From IMG/VR virus record IMGVR_UViG_2645727635_000010: DNA of 9,655 nucleotides; one strand, 5' to 3'. A program made the position numbers and the translations under genes. The DNA is from a virus (lineage: Duplodnaviria > Heunggongvirae > Uroviricota > Caudoviricetes). The stretch's first letter is position 1, and every line of letters begins with the position of its first letter. The notes under the pieces are model-generated. The model ran no database searches, was not told the DNA's origin, and was given only the letters and a program-made list of their open reading frames with translations. Below are positions 1 to 7,222 of this stretch, piece by piece.

Positions 1-96
1 ATCATCTGTTCTCCAATGACTAGTCTAAAAACTAGTATTAAGACTATCACTTATTTAAGTGATATTGGTTGTCTGGAGATTCAGGGGGCCAGTCTA
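1..96 (-). mobile_element. IS2 (IS3 family) left terminus: inverted repeat plus leader, with the transposase orfA start codon at 3..5; the element continues beyond the window start
   Basis: Seen in sequence: the reverse complement of 1..96 reads TAGACTGGCCCCCTGAATCTCCAGACAACCAATATCACTTAAATAAGTGATAGTCTTAATACTAGTTTTTAGACTAGTCATTGGAGAACAGATGAT. From memory this matches the left end of E. coli IS2 up to the orfA start (ATGATTGATG...). The stretch is AT-rich compared with the flanking phage DNA. Not verified by search. Confidence 0.8.
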
Positions 97-260
97 ATGG
101 ACGGGCGGAAAGTGACTTTTCCCAGATCTTCGGTATAGGGTTTGTCGCGGTTCGGGTATTCATGTGTTTCCACACGGCGACCGGTTCCCGCACTTTCTTC
201 TTCAACCTTAAACGGCACACCTCGAAATGACGCATCCTGAAGCCTGTCTTTCCACGTCAT
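97..260 (-). pseudogene. 5' fragment of a DNA circulation protein gene (phage Mu gpN-like), truncated by the IS2 insertion
   Basis: Translation from the ATG at 258..260 gives MTWKDRLQDASFRGVPFKVEEESAGTGRRVETHEYPNRDKPYTEDLGKVTFRPS. The W-x-D-R-L-Q-x-A-S-F-R-G-V-x-F and HEYP-x-RD-x-PY-x-EDLG pattern recalls the N-terminal domain of Mu N-type proteins. A GGAG Shine-Dalgarno lies 5 nt upstream. The frame runs into the IS2 end and stops at 81..83. The listed ORF 81..266 starts at an upstream GTG. Confidence 0.6.
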
Positions 261-270
261 ATACACTCCG

Positions 271-301
271 AAAATAAAAAAGCCACCTATTAGAAGGTGG
301 C
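271..301 (-). terminator. Rho-independent terminator downstream of the 322..852 gene
   Basis: On the minus strand: 6-bp GC stem GCCACC/GGTGGC (282..287 pairs with 296..301), 8-nt loop, then TTTTTTATTTT (271..281). It lies about 20 nt past the stop of the 322..852 CDS. Confidence 0.7.
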
Positions 302-321
302 CTTGTAATGAATTTTATTAA

Positions 322-852
322 TTAGCGAGTCAGAAACAACGAATCTTTATACTTTTGCTGTTGTTCATTTAAATACTTAGCTGTTTCATCGCTGGCAAAT
401 GGAAATATTACCGTATTTTTAGGCATGGTAATTTCTTTTTTGTCCAGCGTCAGAGTAAACATAGGAACATACTGAGCAGAGTAACGCACCGCAGAAACGA
501 GCTCTAGTTTAGACTCTTCAATAACACTTAAATTATCCAGGCTAACTTTCTCTTCATCTTTTTTCTTTGACGCATTTAAAGTTTTTATTACTTTATTTAA
601 TTTCTCCTGAAAATCCTCCTTAAAGTTTTCAGGATTGCCGTCGACAACAAGAATCTGTTCACCCTGATTATCTGGAAAAATAATCTTTGCACTTATCAAT
701 TTATTTTCTTTATAAACATCACCAAGTTTTATGGCTCCTCCAGATAACTGAATAATATGTTCATCTTTAAAGGAGATGTTGCCAGAGATTATGAGAGATG
801 AAAAAATAGCCGCTGCTCCAAGAATTACACTTGCTGTGATATAGCCTTTCAT
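322..852 (-). CDS. Hypothetical signal-anchored or secreted protein, 176 aa; AT-rich single-gene insert (moron) between the tape measure and gpN-like genes
   Basis: Intact ORF with stop at 322..324. N-terminal hydrophobic segment MKGYITASVILGAAAIFSSLIISG followed by a K/E/D/N-rich hydrophilic domain; no cysteine, so not a lipoprotein. The DNA is visibly AT-rich by eye, roughly one third GC against well over half for the neighbouring structural genes. It has its own promoter-like sequence upstream and a terminator downstream. No family recognised. Confidence 0.7.
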   Translation of the reverse strand: MKGYITASVILGAAAIFSSLIISGNISFKDEHIIQLSGGAIKLGDVYKENKLISAKIIFPDNQGEQILVVDGNPENFKEDFQEKLNKVIKTLNASKKKDEEKVSLDNLSVIEESKLELVSAVRYSAQYVPMFTLTLDKKEITMPKNTVIFPFASDETAKYLNEQQQKYKDSLFLTR

Positions 853-887
853 TTTTCGCCTATTAACATTTTTCTAAATGTGCATTA

Positions 888-915
888 ATTCTATCACTCT
901 ATTTATGACTTACAA
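888..915 (-). promoter_or_regulatory. Candidate sigma70 promoter for the 322..852 gene
   Basis: On the minus strand: -35 TTGTAA (910..915), 16-nt spacer, extended -10 TGaTAGAAT (888..896), about 35 nt upstream of the ATG at 850..852, in the intergenic region after the tape measure stop. Sequence-pattern prediction only. Confidence 0.35.
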
Positions 916-943
916 CCAGCAATACATGTGAGGGGAATCCTGG

Positions 944-2776
944 CTACCAAAATCGGGTATAGCCAACATCGTGATTTATATCAATGCCACTGGAGCGTGT
1001 TTCCGTAACCCGCATACCTGATGGCATATTTATAAATGATACCTTGATCTCACCATCAACTTTTGGCGCGGTAGCTTTATTAATCATGAAGGGATTCGAG
1101 CCTGTGGCATCGGAGGCGTTGTTTGCCTGAGCCGGATCCACCGCCGGATAAGGAGTGTATCCCCGCGCCGGTATTCCCGTCCCATAAGCATCATAAGCAC
1201 CCGCGCCCCACTGCGCAGAGTTAATGGCATCGACCGTGTCACCGGAACTGTCGGTAAACCACTCAATAATTGGCTTCAGCTTGTCCCACATATCCTGAAA
1301 CCACTTAACAACCGGCCCCCAGTTATTGATCACCATCCCCAGCGGCGACCAGGCAAAAACCTTCTTAAGAAGTTCCCAACCAGCCTCAAAATAAGGACCA
1401 ATGGTTTCCCAGAGCTTCTTAAAATAAGGTCCGACAACATCCCAGTTAGTGATAATTAATCCCGCAGCCAGAGCAATCGCCGTCGCAATCATGCCAATCG
1501 GCGTCATCGACATAATCCTGCTGACAATACTGATGGCACCGCCAACGCCCATCAATCCCAGTTTCAGAATCGCAAGACCGGCAGCAAGCCCGACGACGCC
1601 GCGAATAACCCGGGGATTTTCATCCGCAAACTTCGTGAATTTTTCCCCCAACACCCCCAGCCATTGCGTGATATTTTTAGCGTCACCAGAAAATGCGCCG
1701 CCAATAGCAGCAAGACCGTTAGTTGCGGTCCCCGTCATTGCCTCCCACAGGTTGGACAGCGTACCAAGCTGAGCCTGAACACGTTTATTCAGGCTGGCCT
1801 GTTTATTCATCTTCTGCTGGATCTGATCGTAGCCATCCTTTCCTTTATCGATCAGGGCATTGACCACCTGAAGGGTTTCGGCATCATCACCAAATATTGC
1901 CTTAAGTACACCTGTTCGCTTAACGTCGGTCAGTTTTCGCAACTTTGCCAGTTGCCTGAACATGTTATCAAGACCGCCAAAACTTCCTTTGCCGTCAGTA
2001 AAATCGAGCTGTACCCCGAGTTTCTGGCGGGCCATGACTTTATTGACGTCCCTGATTTTCTTAACACTTAATCCGGACTGGATAACTTTTCGCAGGGCAT
2101 TACCTGCCGACTCCCCGTTCATCCCCATCTGATCCATCATGACGCTGATGGGGGCAAGGCTCTGTGCAGCCTGAAGACCGTCCTTGTTCACCATCTTCAG
2201 AACAGAACTGGTTTTAGTGAAGAAGGACAACATGTTGGTATCGTCAACGCCCAGATAAAACGCCTTCTGGATAGTGTCGAACAGCCCCATCATGTCTTCT
2301 GACGCCGTTCCGGTAGCATCCTGCATCTTTGCCGCAAACTCAGCAGCCGCTTCCGGTGTTTTTTTCAGTTGTACCGCAAGATAAGCTGTCGCTTTACCCA
2401 CACCACCAAGAATGTTTTCTGCCGGGATCCCCTGACGCACCAGCATCTGCATCATGTTCTGGAAATCAGCCGTTGTACCGGGTAGCTGGTTACCCAGGCC
2501 AATAGCCAGTTTATTGATGTCCTGAAAGCGCTTTCCAACCTCACCGTTCGCATCCATCATGGCAACTTTCAGCCCGGTAGCGGCGTTTTCCTGATCGGCA
2601 TAAGATTTCAGGGAAAGCGTCAGACCCGCAGCCAGTCCGCCACCAAGCGCCAGCCCACCCTGTGACGCTTCTTCCGCCTGGCGTTTAAATCCCCGGATTT
2701 TCTTTTGCATTTTCGACAGCGCGGGAGAAAGCCTGTCGACACCGGTGATCAACGCCTTAAGCTCAAATTCAGCCAT
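944..2776 (-). CDS. Phage tail tape measure protein, 610 aa
   Basis: Long ORF directly downstream of the chaperone/frameshift pair. The N-terminus is charged and helical, the middle is rich in Ala/Gly/Met/Gln, and the C-terminus has Gly-rich hydrophobic segments and W-rich repeats, as in tape measure proteins. Start at 2774..2776 overlaps the end of the frameshift ORF. Confidence 0.9.
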   Translation of the reverse strand: MAEFELKALITGVDRLSPALSKMQKKIRGFKRQAEEASQGGLALGGGLAAGLTLSLKSYADQENAATGLKVAMMDANGEVGKRFQDINKLAIGLGNQLPGTTADFQNMMQMLVRQGIPAENILGGVGKATAYLAVQLKKTPEAAAEFAAKMQDATGTASEDMMGLFDTIQKAFYLGVDDTNMLSFFTKTSSVLKMVNKDGLQAAQSLAPISVMMDQMGMNGESAGNALRKVIQSGLSVKKIRDVNKVMARQKLGVQLDFTDGKGSFGGLDNMFRQLAKLRKLTDVKRTGVLKAIFGDDAETLQVVNALIDKGKDGYDQIQQKMNKQASLNKRVQAQLGTLSNLWEAMTGTATNGLAAIGGAFSGDAKNITQWLGVLGEKFTKFADENPRVIRGVVGLAAGLAILKLGLMGVGGAISIVSRIMSMTPIGMIATAIALAAGLIITNWDVVGPYFKKLWETIGPYFEAGWELLKKVFAWSPLGMVINNWGPVVKWFQDMWDKLKPIIEWFTDSSGDTVDAINSAQWGAGAYDAYGTGIPARGYTPYPAVDPAQANNASDATGSNPFMINKATAPKVDGEIKVSFINMPSGMRVTETRSSGIDINHDVGYTRFW

Positions 2777-2951
2777 GTGTGCGTTTCTCCTGCTCTATCC
2801 TGTTTGCCTGACTGACCAGCAAGGGAATTTCACTGATCGGCATATTCAGCAATTCGAAGGGATTAATGCGCCAGTAGCTGGCGCAGTCAAAGAAGCGATC
2901 AGTGAGGTATTCAGCCGTCAGGCCTGGAGGAAAAAACCAGCCACAAGCCAC
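2769..2951 (-). CDS. -1 frame extension of the tail assembly chaperone (gpGT-like frameshift product; fused span would be 2769..3187)
   Basis: This ORF is in the -1 frame relative to the chaperone and overlaps both the chaperone 3' end and the tape measure start. The minus-strand slippery heptamer T-TTT-TTC (plus-strand GAAAAAA at 2930..2936) sits in the overlap. A -1 slip there would give ...AGFF followed by PPGLTAEYL...RTHG. Confidence 0.7.
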   Translation of the reverse strand: MACGWFFPPGLTAEYLTDRFFDCASYWRINPFELLNMPISEIPLLVSQANRIEQEKRTHG

Positions 2952-3187
2952 GCCGCAGCATTCAGGTCTGCCGGAGACATCTGGTCGACAGAGCTTTGCG
3001 GCACTTTCGCCAGCCGCACAATGTATTTCGACACCACATGCGCCAGAAGTCTGACGGACTCATCCTGATTCATCTGGTAGGGATACCCCAGCTCGCGGAC
3101 ATCTTTCCCGGTGGGCTCATCAAACTCCAGTACGGAGAGTGTCTCGCCATGAGCGGTAATCGGTTTCTTTAACTCAAGCTCTTTCAT
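2918..3187 (-). CDS. Tail assembly chaperone (lambda gpG analogue), 89 aa
   Basis: Small acidic ORF between the tail tube and tape measure genes, the conserved position of the chaperone. Its start overlaps the tube stop (TAATG). The slippery heptamer sits 5 codons before its stop. Confidence 0.8.
   Translation of the reverse strand: MKELELKKPITAHGETLSVLEFDEPTGKDVRELGYPYQMNQDESVRLLAHVVSKYIVRLAKVPQSSVDQMSPADLNAAAWLVAGFFLQA
2930..2936 (-). promoter_or_regulatory. Programmed -1 ribosomal frameshift slippery site (T TTT TTC)
   Basis: X-XXY-YYZ heptamer in the zero frame of the chaperone, located in the overlap with the -1 frame ORF. Conserved chaperone frameshifting ahead of the tape measure gene is established for long-tailed phages. 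Confidence 0.6.
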
Positions 3188-3543
3188 TACTGGTAATCCC
3201 CTTCTTCACCGTGGAACTCAAGATCAACCGTCCCTTCTTCGGCATTATGGTTCGCTTCGCCGTGCAGCCAGGCAGACGACAGTACATAGACCTGACCGTT
3301 CGCCAGCTCGGCAGTGATGGTCATCTCATCAGACGAGGTGATTTTGCTCACCGGAAAATTCTTCGGCACCTTGAAGGTCCCTTTGACATAAGGCGCACGG
3401 TGAGTTTCCTTGCGGTCCACTGAACCGTCCAGGCCGATGATGTCATCATTGACCGTCCTGTTCATGGGCACCTCAATGCCGCCGGTCAGCGATAGCTGCT
3501 GACCGTCAATTTTGAAATAACAGGTTCCCCCGATACGGGCCAT
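3187..3543 (-). CDS. Contractile-tail tube protein (Mu gpM-like), 118 aa
   Basis: Small ORF immediately downstream of the sheath gene with a TAATG stop/start overlap at both ends. Size and position are typical of myovirus tube proteins. Confidence 0.85.
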   Translation of the reverse strand: MARIGGTCYFKIDGQQLSLTGGIEVPMNRTVNDDIIGLDGSVDRKETHRAPYVKGTFKVPKNFPVSKITSSDEMTITAELANGQVYVLSSAWLHGEANHNAEEGTVDLEFHGEEGDYQ

Positions 3544-5039
3544 TATGCGGACTCCTCTGAATACTGAAGACGGAACTGGTTAACCACGGCAAAGACACGC
3601 AACTGGTTAACATAGTCAGGCGGGAACAGCGTGTTCAGGCGGTTCGGATCGCTGGCATCACGCTCCACAACCAGGTACTGCTTAAACAGTGCGTAGTTTT
3701 CCACGATCCCCGCACGCTCAAGCTGACGGTAGGTTGCCAGCAGTTCCCCTTTGATCACCGCCGGGGTGACAATCGCCTGACCGGGACCAAAGCGGGTACC
3801 GTCACTGGCAAGCTTGTGACGCCCGTACTTACTGGTAATGACGGATTTCAGTTTGCGCAGTACATACGCACTGGTATGCAGAGTCTCACTGTCGAGGTAG
3901 CTGTTATCCGCAACCCCGTAAGCATTTTTCCTGTACGTGGTGACATCACGCTGAATGCGCAGCACCCCGCTTTCGACATACGCCGTTGCCACGCCATGAG
4001 ACAGCAGGGTCTGTTGTTCGGTCATCGTGAACCGTTTCCCCTTCGGCGCAGGCAGCATACCCACCAGCTCACCGGTCTGCGTGGGACGTGCCGGATCGTT
4101 GCGAATAAACACCGCTGCGCGGGCGGTACGGCTTGCCGCCAGTTCGTCGGCAGGCGTCTGGGTCTCTTTTTCGTACCCCGCCAGGGTAATGTGCTGCTGG
4201 TTAAACTGGTCACCTGCGGTCACCAGTTCTGACAGCGTGCCGATCTTTGCCGTATACACATGACCATACAGCTGACGCGCATAGCTCCAGCGACCGCTGG
4301 TATCGTTCATCTCGGTCACCAGCGTGTTAACGGAGGCCGTGTCGTTGAACGGAAGACCGATATAATCAAACGGCTCATCCGCCATTGCAGCCACCGCGCC
4401 GGTGAGAACAGGAGCCCCCGTTCCGGCGGTCCCCGCCGCCACGGCAATCTGTACGCCCGCAGGCAGCACTTCGCCCCCACCAAAGCCGTAGTAATTGAGG
4501 CTGACAGGAATTTCATTCCCGCAAAGCCCCTTATGACGCGCGGTCAGCGTGACCACGCCAGCCGAAGATGAGGCCGTAAACGGCAGGGCCGGAACGGCAT
4601 TAATGGCATCCTGGATACTGCCGGCAATCGTCGCGACGTTATCGCCATTGGTCACCGGTGCCTGCACGCGGGTACGTCCCACATAAACATTCACCGTGCC
4701 GGTTTCGGTTGCCGCCCCGGTCACCGTCAGCGTAACCGTTGCCGCCGCGCCTGTGGCTTCCGGAACGGCAATCACATACAGCTCGCCAAACGGGTCAGTC
4801 TGGCGATAAGCCTCGACCATACGCGCCAGCTGACTTCCCGCACCACAAATCTGGCGTGCATAGTCTGCCGACGGCATCAGTACCAGACTGTTGGCAACAA
4901 TCTCTGCACCGTTATTGGCATGACCAATCAGCAGCGATGCTCCGCTGTCCTGTGCAGTATTCGCCGCCGAGTTATCCATTTCCGCATAAAACAACGGAAC
5001 CAGCGTATTCGACGGAATGGTGTTAAAGCTTATCGTCAT
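3543..5039 (-). CDS. Contractile-tail sheath protein (Mu gpL-like), 498 aa
   Basis: 498-aa ORF directly upstream of the tube gene with an AGGTG Shine-Dalgarno. It is Ala/Gly/Thr/Val-rich, and its size and N-terminus (MTISFNTIPSNTLVPLFYAEMDNS) are consistent with Mu/SfV-type sheath proteins. Confidence 0.9.
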   Translation of the reverse strand: MTISFNTIPSNTLVPLFYAEMDNSAANTAQDSGASLLIGHANNGAEIVANSLVLMPSADYARQICGAGSQLARMVEAYRQTDPFGELYVIAVPEATGAAATVTLTVTGAATETGTVNVYVGRTRVQAPVTNGDNVATIAGSIQDAINAVPALPFTASSSAGVVTLTARHKGLCGNEIPVSLNYYGFGGGEVLPAGVQIAVAAGTAGTGAPVLTGAVAAMADEPFDYIGLPFNDTASVNTLVTEMNDTSGRWSYARQLYGHVYTAKIGTLSELVTAGDQFNQQHITLAGYEKETQTPADELAASRTARAAVFIRNDPARPTQTGELVGMLPAPKGKRFTMTEQQTLLSHGVATAYVESGVLRIQRDVTTYRKNAYGVADNSYLDSETLHTSAYVLRKLKSVITSKYGRHKLASDGTRFGPGQAIVTPAVIKGELLATYRQLERAGIVENYALFKQYLVVERDASDPNRLNTLFPPDYVNQLRVFAVVNQFRLQYSEESA

Positions 5040-5193
5040 CGGTATTCACCTTTTTATTCACGCGCCGGATATCACCCGCGGCTTCACGGCGCAGCCAGTA
5101 GTTGTTCTCGTCAACATTTCGCCCTTCGGCGGGCAAAAGGTCGCCGCGGGCAGGGTCAGGAACTGACCGCCCTTTAACAGGTTTCACAAACAT
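5023..5193 (-). CDS. Small conserved phage protein (DUF2635-like), 56 aa; absent from the ORF track because it is under 60 aa
   Basis: Hand translation of the minus strand from the ATG at 5191..5193 gives MFVKPVKGRSVPDPARGDLLPAEGRNVDENNYWLRREAAGDIRRVNKKVNTDDDKL, with stop at 5023..5025. A GAGGA Shine-Dalgarno sits 5 nt upstream and overlaps the stop of the preceding gene. The 3' end overlaps the sheath start by 17 nt. The family assignment is from memory of a small protein found upstream of sheath genes in Mu-like prophages. Confidence 0.55.
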   Translation of the reverse strand: MFVKPVKGRSVPDPARGDLLPAEGRNVDENNYWLRREAAGDIRRVNKKVNTDDDKL

Positions 5194-5201
5194 GAGGATC
5201 C

Positions 5202-5762
5202 TCAGGAAGGAAGGGTTATTTCGGTGTGATGTTCGATATCGCCGTCAGGCCCGTTACCGGGCTCGAGATAATCAACATCAATCGCCAGCGTTTGCAGTTC
5301 ATCCAGACTGTTCAGATCATCCTGCTGGCGGGTATCGTCTTCAGTCAGCTCGCTGATGACCGAAAAATCGAACTGATAAATCAGCTCATGACGATTCAGA
5401 TCCAGCAGCGTGCCGCCGTCATAGGTAATCGGGTTACCGCACGCCTCCGGGTTCCAGCCCAGCAGAGCCTTAAAGAGCATCTGCCGGACATCGTCCACCA
5501 CATCATACGAGGCAAACTGACCGCGCTCATCACGCCCGTTACTCAGTATGACAACCACGGAGAAACCCTCTTTCAGCTCCTGCCAGTAGTCGGTCTGGCT
5601 TTTGTTTTCTCCCGGAGAATCATCACCCGGTACAACATACGCCGCCGGGAGTCTCAGCTTTCCGACCTCCGGCAGATTTTTGAACTGGGCCGCGCCTGCA
5701 ACCCGGTTTTCAAAATACGGACAGCGGGCACGCAGCGCAGCAATAACAGGCGTCAGTTTCAT
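5202..5762 (-). CDS. Tail completion / tail terminator protein (Mu gp37-like), 186 aa
   Basis: ORF between the neck genes and the sheath gene. Its start overlaps the upstream stop (ATGA). Function is inferred mainly from position and size; the sequence match is a weak recollection. Confidence 0.65.
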   Translation of the reverse strand: MKLTPVIAALRARCPYFENRVAGAAQFKNLPEVGKLRLPAAYVVPGDDSPGENKSQTDYWQELKEGFSVVVILSNGRDERGQFASYDVVDDVRQMLFKALLGWNPEACGNPITYDGGTLLDLNRHELIYQFDFSVISELTEDDTRQQDDLNSLDELQTLAIDVDYLEPGNGPDGDIEHHTEITLPS

Positions 5763-6265
5763 CTGTGTCGTCGCTCCGGCCTCAGTGATTTACGCAATTC
5801 CCGCGCCAGAAAATAGCGTGTCCAGCTGCGGTTCTTTTCAAGAGTTTCCACCATAAAGTTATTACGTGGAGCCAGTCGCCAGCCGCTGCCACCGGATGCA
5901 CCACGATGATGACTACGACGACGCTTTGCTCCTCCCCGGACACCAAAAAACAGAAACGCCGGATAGAAGTCACCAGAGATCATCCGGTTCCCCTTCCCGT
6001 TGCGCTGGTTAGGGGCAATGCGTGTCATAAAACCGGCTCGCTTTTTACTGGCTCTCGGCACCATGTAACCAATCGAACGAGCCAGGCGTCCGGTCTGATA
6101 ACCGGGGTTTTCACCCGGTGCCGACCGCGCACGGCGCATCACCAGCCGACGGGCATCACGCATATGACGCTGCCCAATCGTGACAAACGCCCGCCGGACA
6201 CGGGCACGGTTAAAGCGCATCTCCGCGGGCTGCTGAACATCAACGTGAAAAAAGGGAGTCGCCAT
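5759..6265 (-). CDS. HK97 gp10-like neck / virion morphogenesis protein, 168 aa
   Basis: Very basic, Arg-rich ORF between the adaptor and tail completion genes. GGAGG Shine-Dalgarno 5 nt upstream of the ATG at 6263..6265. Start overlaps the adaptor 3' end by 26 nt. Confidence 0.65.
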   Translation of the reverse strand: MATPFFHVDVQQPAEMRFNRARVRRAFVTIGQRHMRDARRLVMRRARSAPGENPGYQTGRLARSIGYMVPRASKKRAGFMTRIAPNQRNGKGNRMISGDFYPAFLFFGVRGGAKRRRSHHRGASGGSGWRLAPRNNFMVETLEKNRSWTRYFLARELRKSLRPERRHR

Positions 6266-6650
6266 TGCTGCCTCCGTGACTCTGCCTAAATTCGCCCAGC
6301 TCCGTACACTCCAGCAGCAGAAAGCGCCGCGCCCCGTTCAGATCACGCTGACGTTTCACCCGGTACACACTGTCACCACAGACCACCTCATAATCAGCGG
6401 TGATCCCCCGGCGGTAACGAATGGTGATGTAATGGGTGATGGCGTCCCCGGTCTGCGCGGTTTCCTGCCAGGTGGTGGCACTGGTCTGGATAACCTTCGC
6501 CCATGTCCGGAACGTAACCGGGTATTGAGGCTCCACGCCAAAGTTATCCGCGGGCATATCCACCCGCTGGCGGATCAGGACGCGTTTATTCAGTTCACCG
6601 GGGTCCGGCAGAATGTAGGTTGCGCTGGTCTGCGCCTGACGAATTTTCAT
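6240..6650 (-). CDS. Head-tail adaptor / head closure protein, 136 aa
   Basis: Position after the connector gene and the motif TAQTGDAITHYITIRYRRGI are typical of head-tail joining proteins. Start overlaps the connector stop (ATGA). Confidence 0.75.
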   Translation of the reverse strand: MKIRQAQTSATYILPDPGELNKRVLIRQRVDMPADNFGVEPQYPVTFRTWAKVIQTSATTWQETAQTGDAITHYITIRYRRGITADYEVVCGDSVYRVKRQRDLNGARRFLLLECTELGEFRQSHGGSNGDSLFSR

Positions 6651-6970
6651 TGCGGAAAGTACCTGTACGGGCCGACAAGCCAGCCAAAACTCTGCGGCAT
6701 GTCGAGTTTCTCCACTTCCGTAACCGACGAGCGGTTTTCGTAAAAATGGCTGATAAGCATCAGCATCCCCAGACGAATATCATCCGGCAGGTGCAGCCCG
6801 TCCGGATCGCTGTCCGGAATGGTTTCATCCGGTGCATAGAGCTTCCGGTTCAGATACGTTTCCGTCCGCTTTTGTGCCGCACAGGCCAGCAGTTGCAGAT
6901 GGCGGTCATCAGCATCGAAATCCTCATCCAGCCGGAGTTGGGCTTTAATCTCTTCCATTGTCAGAAGCAT
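6647..6970 (-). CDS. Head-tail connector protein (gp6-like), 107 aa
   Basis: The N-terminus MLLTMEEIKAQLRLDEDFDADDRHLQLL and the size are characteristic of gp6-like connector proteins, which sit after the major capsid gene. Confidence 0.8.
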   Translation of the reverse strand: MLLTMEEIKAQLRLDEDFDADDRHLQLLACAAQKRTETYLNRKLYAPDETIPDSDPDGLHLPDDIRLGMLMLISHFYENRSSVTEVEKLDMPQSFGWLVGPYRYFPQ

Positions 6971-6972
6971 AC

Positions 6973-7173
6973 TCAGCCCTCTTTACTGGTCGTGGCTTTT
7001 TTCTCTTTTGCCGCTTTACTGCTTTTTGCACTGATTCCGCGCTCTGCTAACCCGGCCTGAAGTGCAATCTCCTGCACCCGGGCAGGAAGCGCCCCGTCGT
7101 CATACTCACCGGCCCGAATGACCTCAACACGCATACCGTCCGGTGACCATTTCAGATCTTGTTTCAGGATCAT
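6973..7173 (-). CDS. Small hypothetical head-module protein, 66 aa, with a Lys/Ser-rich C-terminus
   Basis: ORF between the capsid and connector genes in the same orientation, with a GGTGA-like Shine-Dalgarno upstream. No family recognised; the call rests on position and coding appearance. Confidence 0.5.
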   Translation of the reverse strand: MILKQDLKWSPDGMRVEVIRAGEYDDGALPARVQEIALQAGLAERGISAKSSKAAKEKKATTSKEG

Positions 7174-7195
7174 GATTCTTCACCCGTCAGAACAG

Positions 7196-7215
7196 GGGGC
7201 GCGGTTCCGCGCCCC
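7196..7215 (-). terminator. GC-rich hairpin just downstream of the major capsid gene; possible partial terminator or mRNA-stabilising structure
   Basis: 8-bp perfect GC stem (7196..7203 pairs with 7208..7215, GGGGCGCG/CGCGCCCC) with loop GTTC, 8 nt past the capsid stop at 7223..7225. No U-tract follows on the minus strand, so it is not a canonical intrinsic terminator. Confidence 0.35.
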
Positions 7216-7222
7216 TGAGTGA

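Noticed and set aside
1-96. Possibility that the AT-rich window start is a phage attachment site or tRNA fragment
   Set aside because: The sequence matches the IS2 left end from memory, and no tRNA-like cloverleaf is apparent.
47-235. 62-aa minus-strand ORF overlapping the gpN-like fragment in another frame and extending into the IS2 end
   Set aside because: It spans the IS2 junction, has no ribosome-binding site, and overlaps a frame with recognisable gpN-like protein sequence. Likely a chance ORF.
1449-2071. Two plus-strand ORFs (107 and 135 aa) inside the tape measure gene
   Set aside because: Embedded antisense to a long, well-supported minus-strand gene, with no ribosome-binding sites or recognisable protein features.
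3211-4571. Several plus-strand ORFs (63 to 138 aa) within the tube and sheath genes
   Set aside because: All are antisense to strongly supported structural genes in GC-rich DNA, where long spurious open frames are expected.
5226-5816. 196-aa plus-strand ORF antisense to the tail completion gene
   Set aside because: Almost entirely antisense to a minus-strand gene in a GC-rich region. The translation is low-complexity and Arg/Gln/Ile-rich, with no start context. A typical shadow ORF.
6620-7060. 146-aa plus-strand ORF antisense to the connector and small head ORF
   Set aside because: Antisense shadow ORF spanning two minus-strand genes. The translation is Arg-rich and low-complexity.
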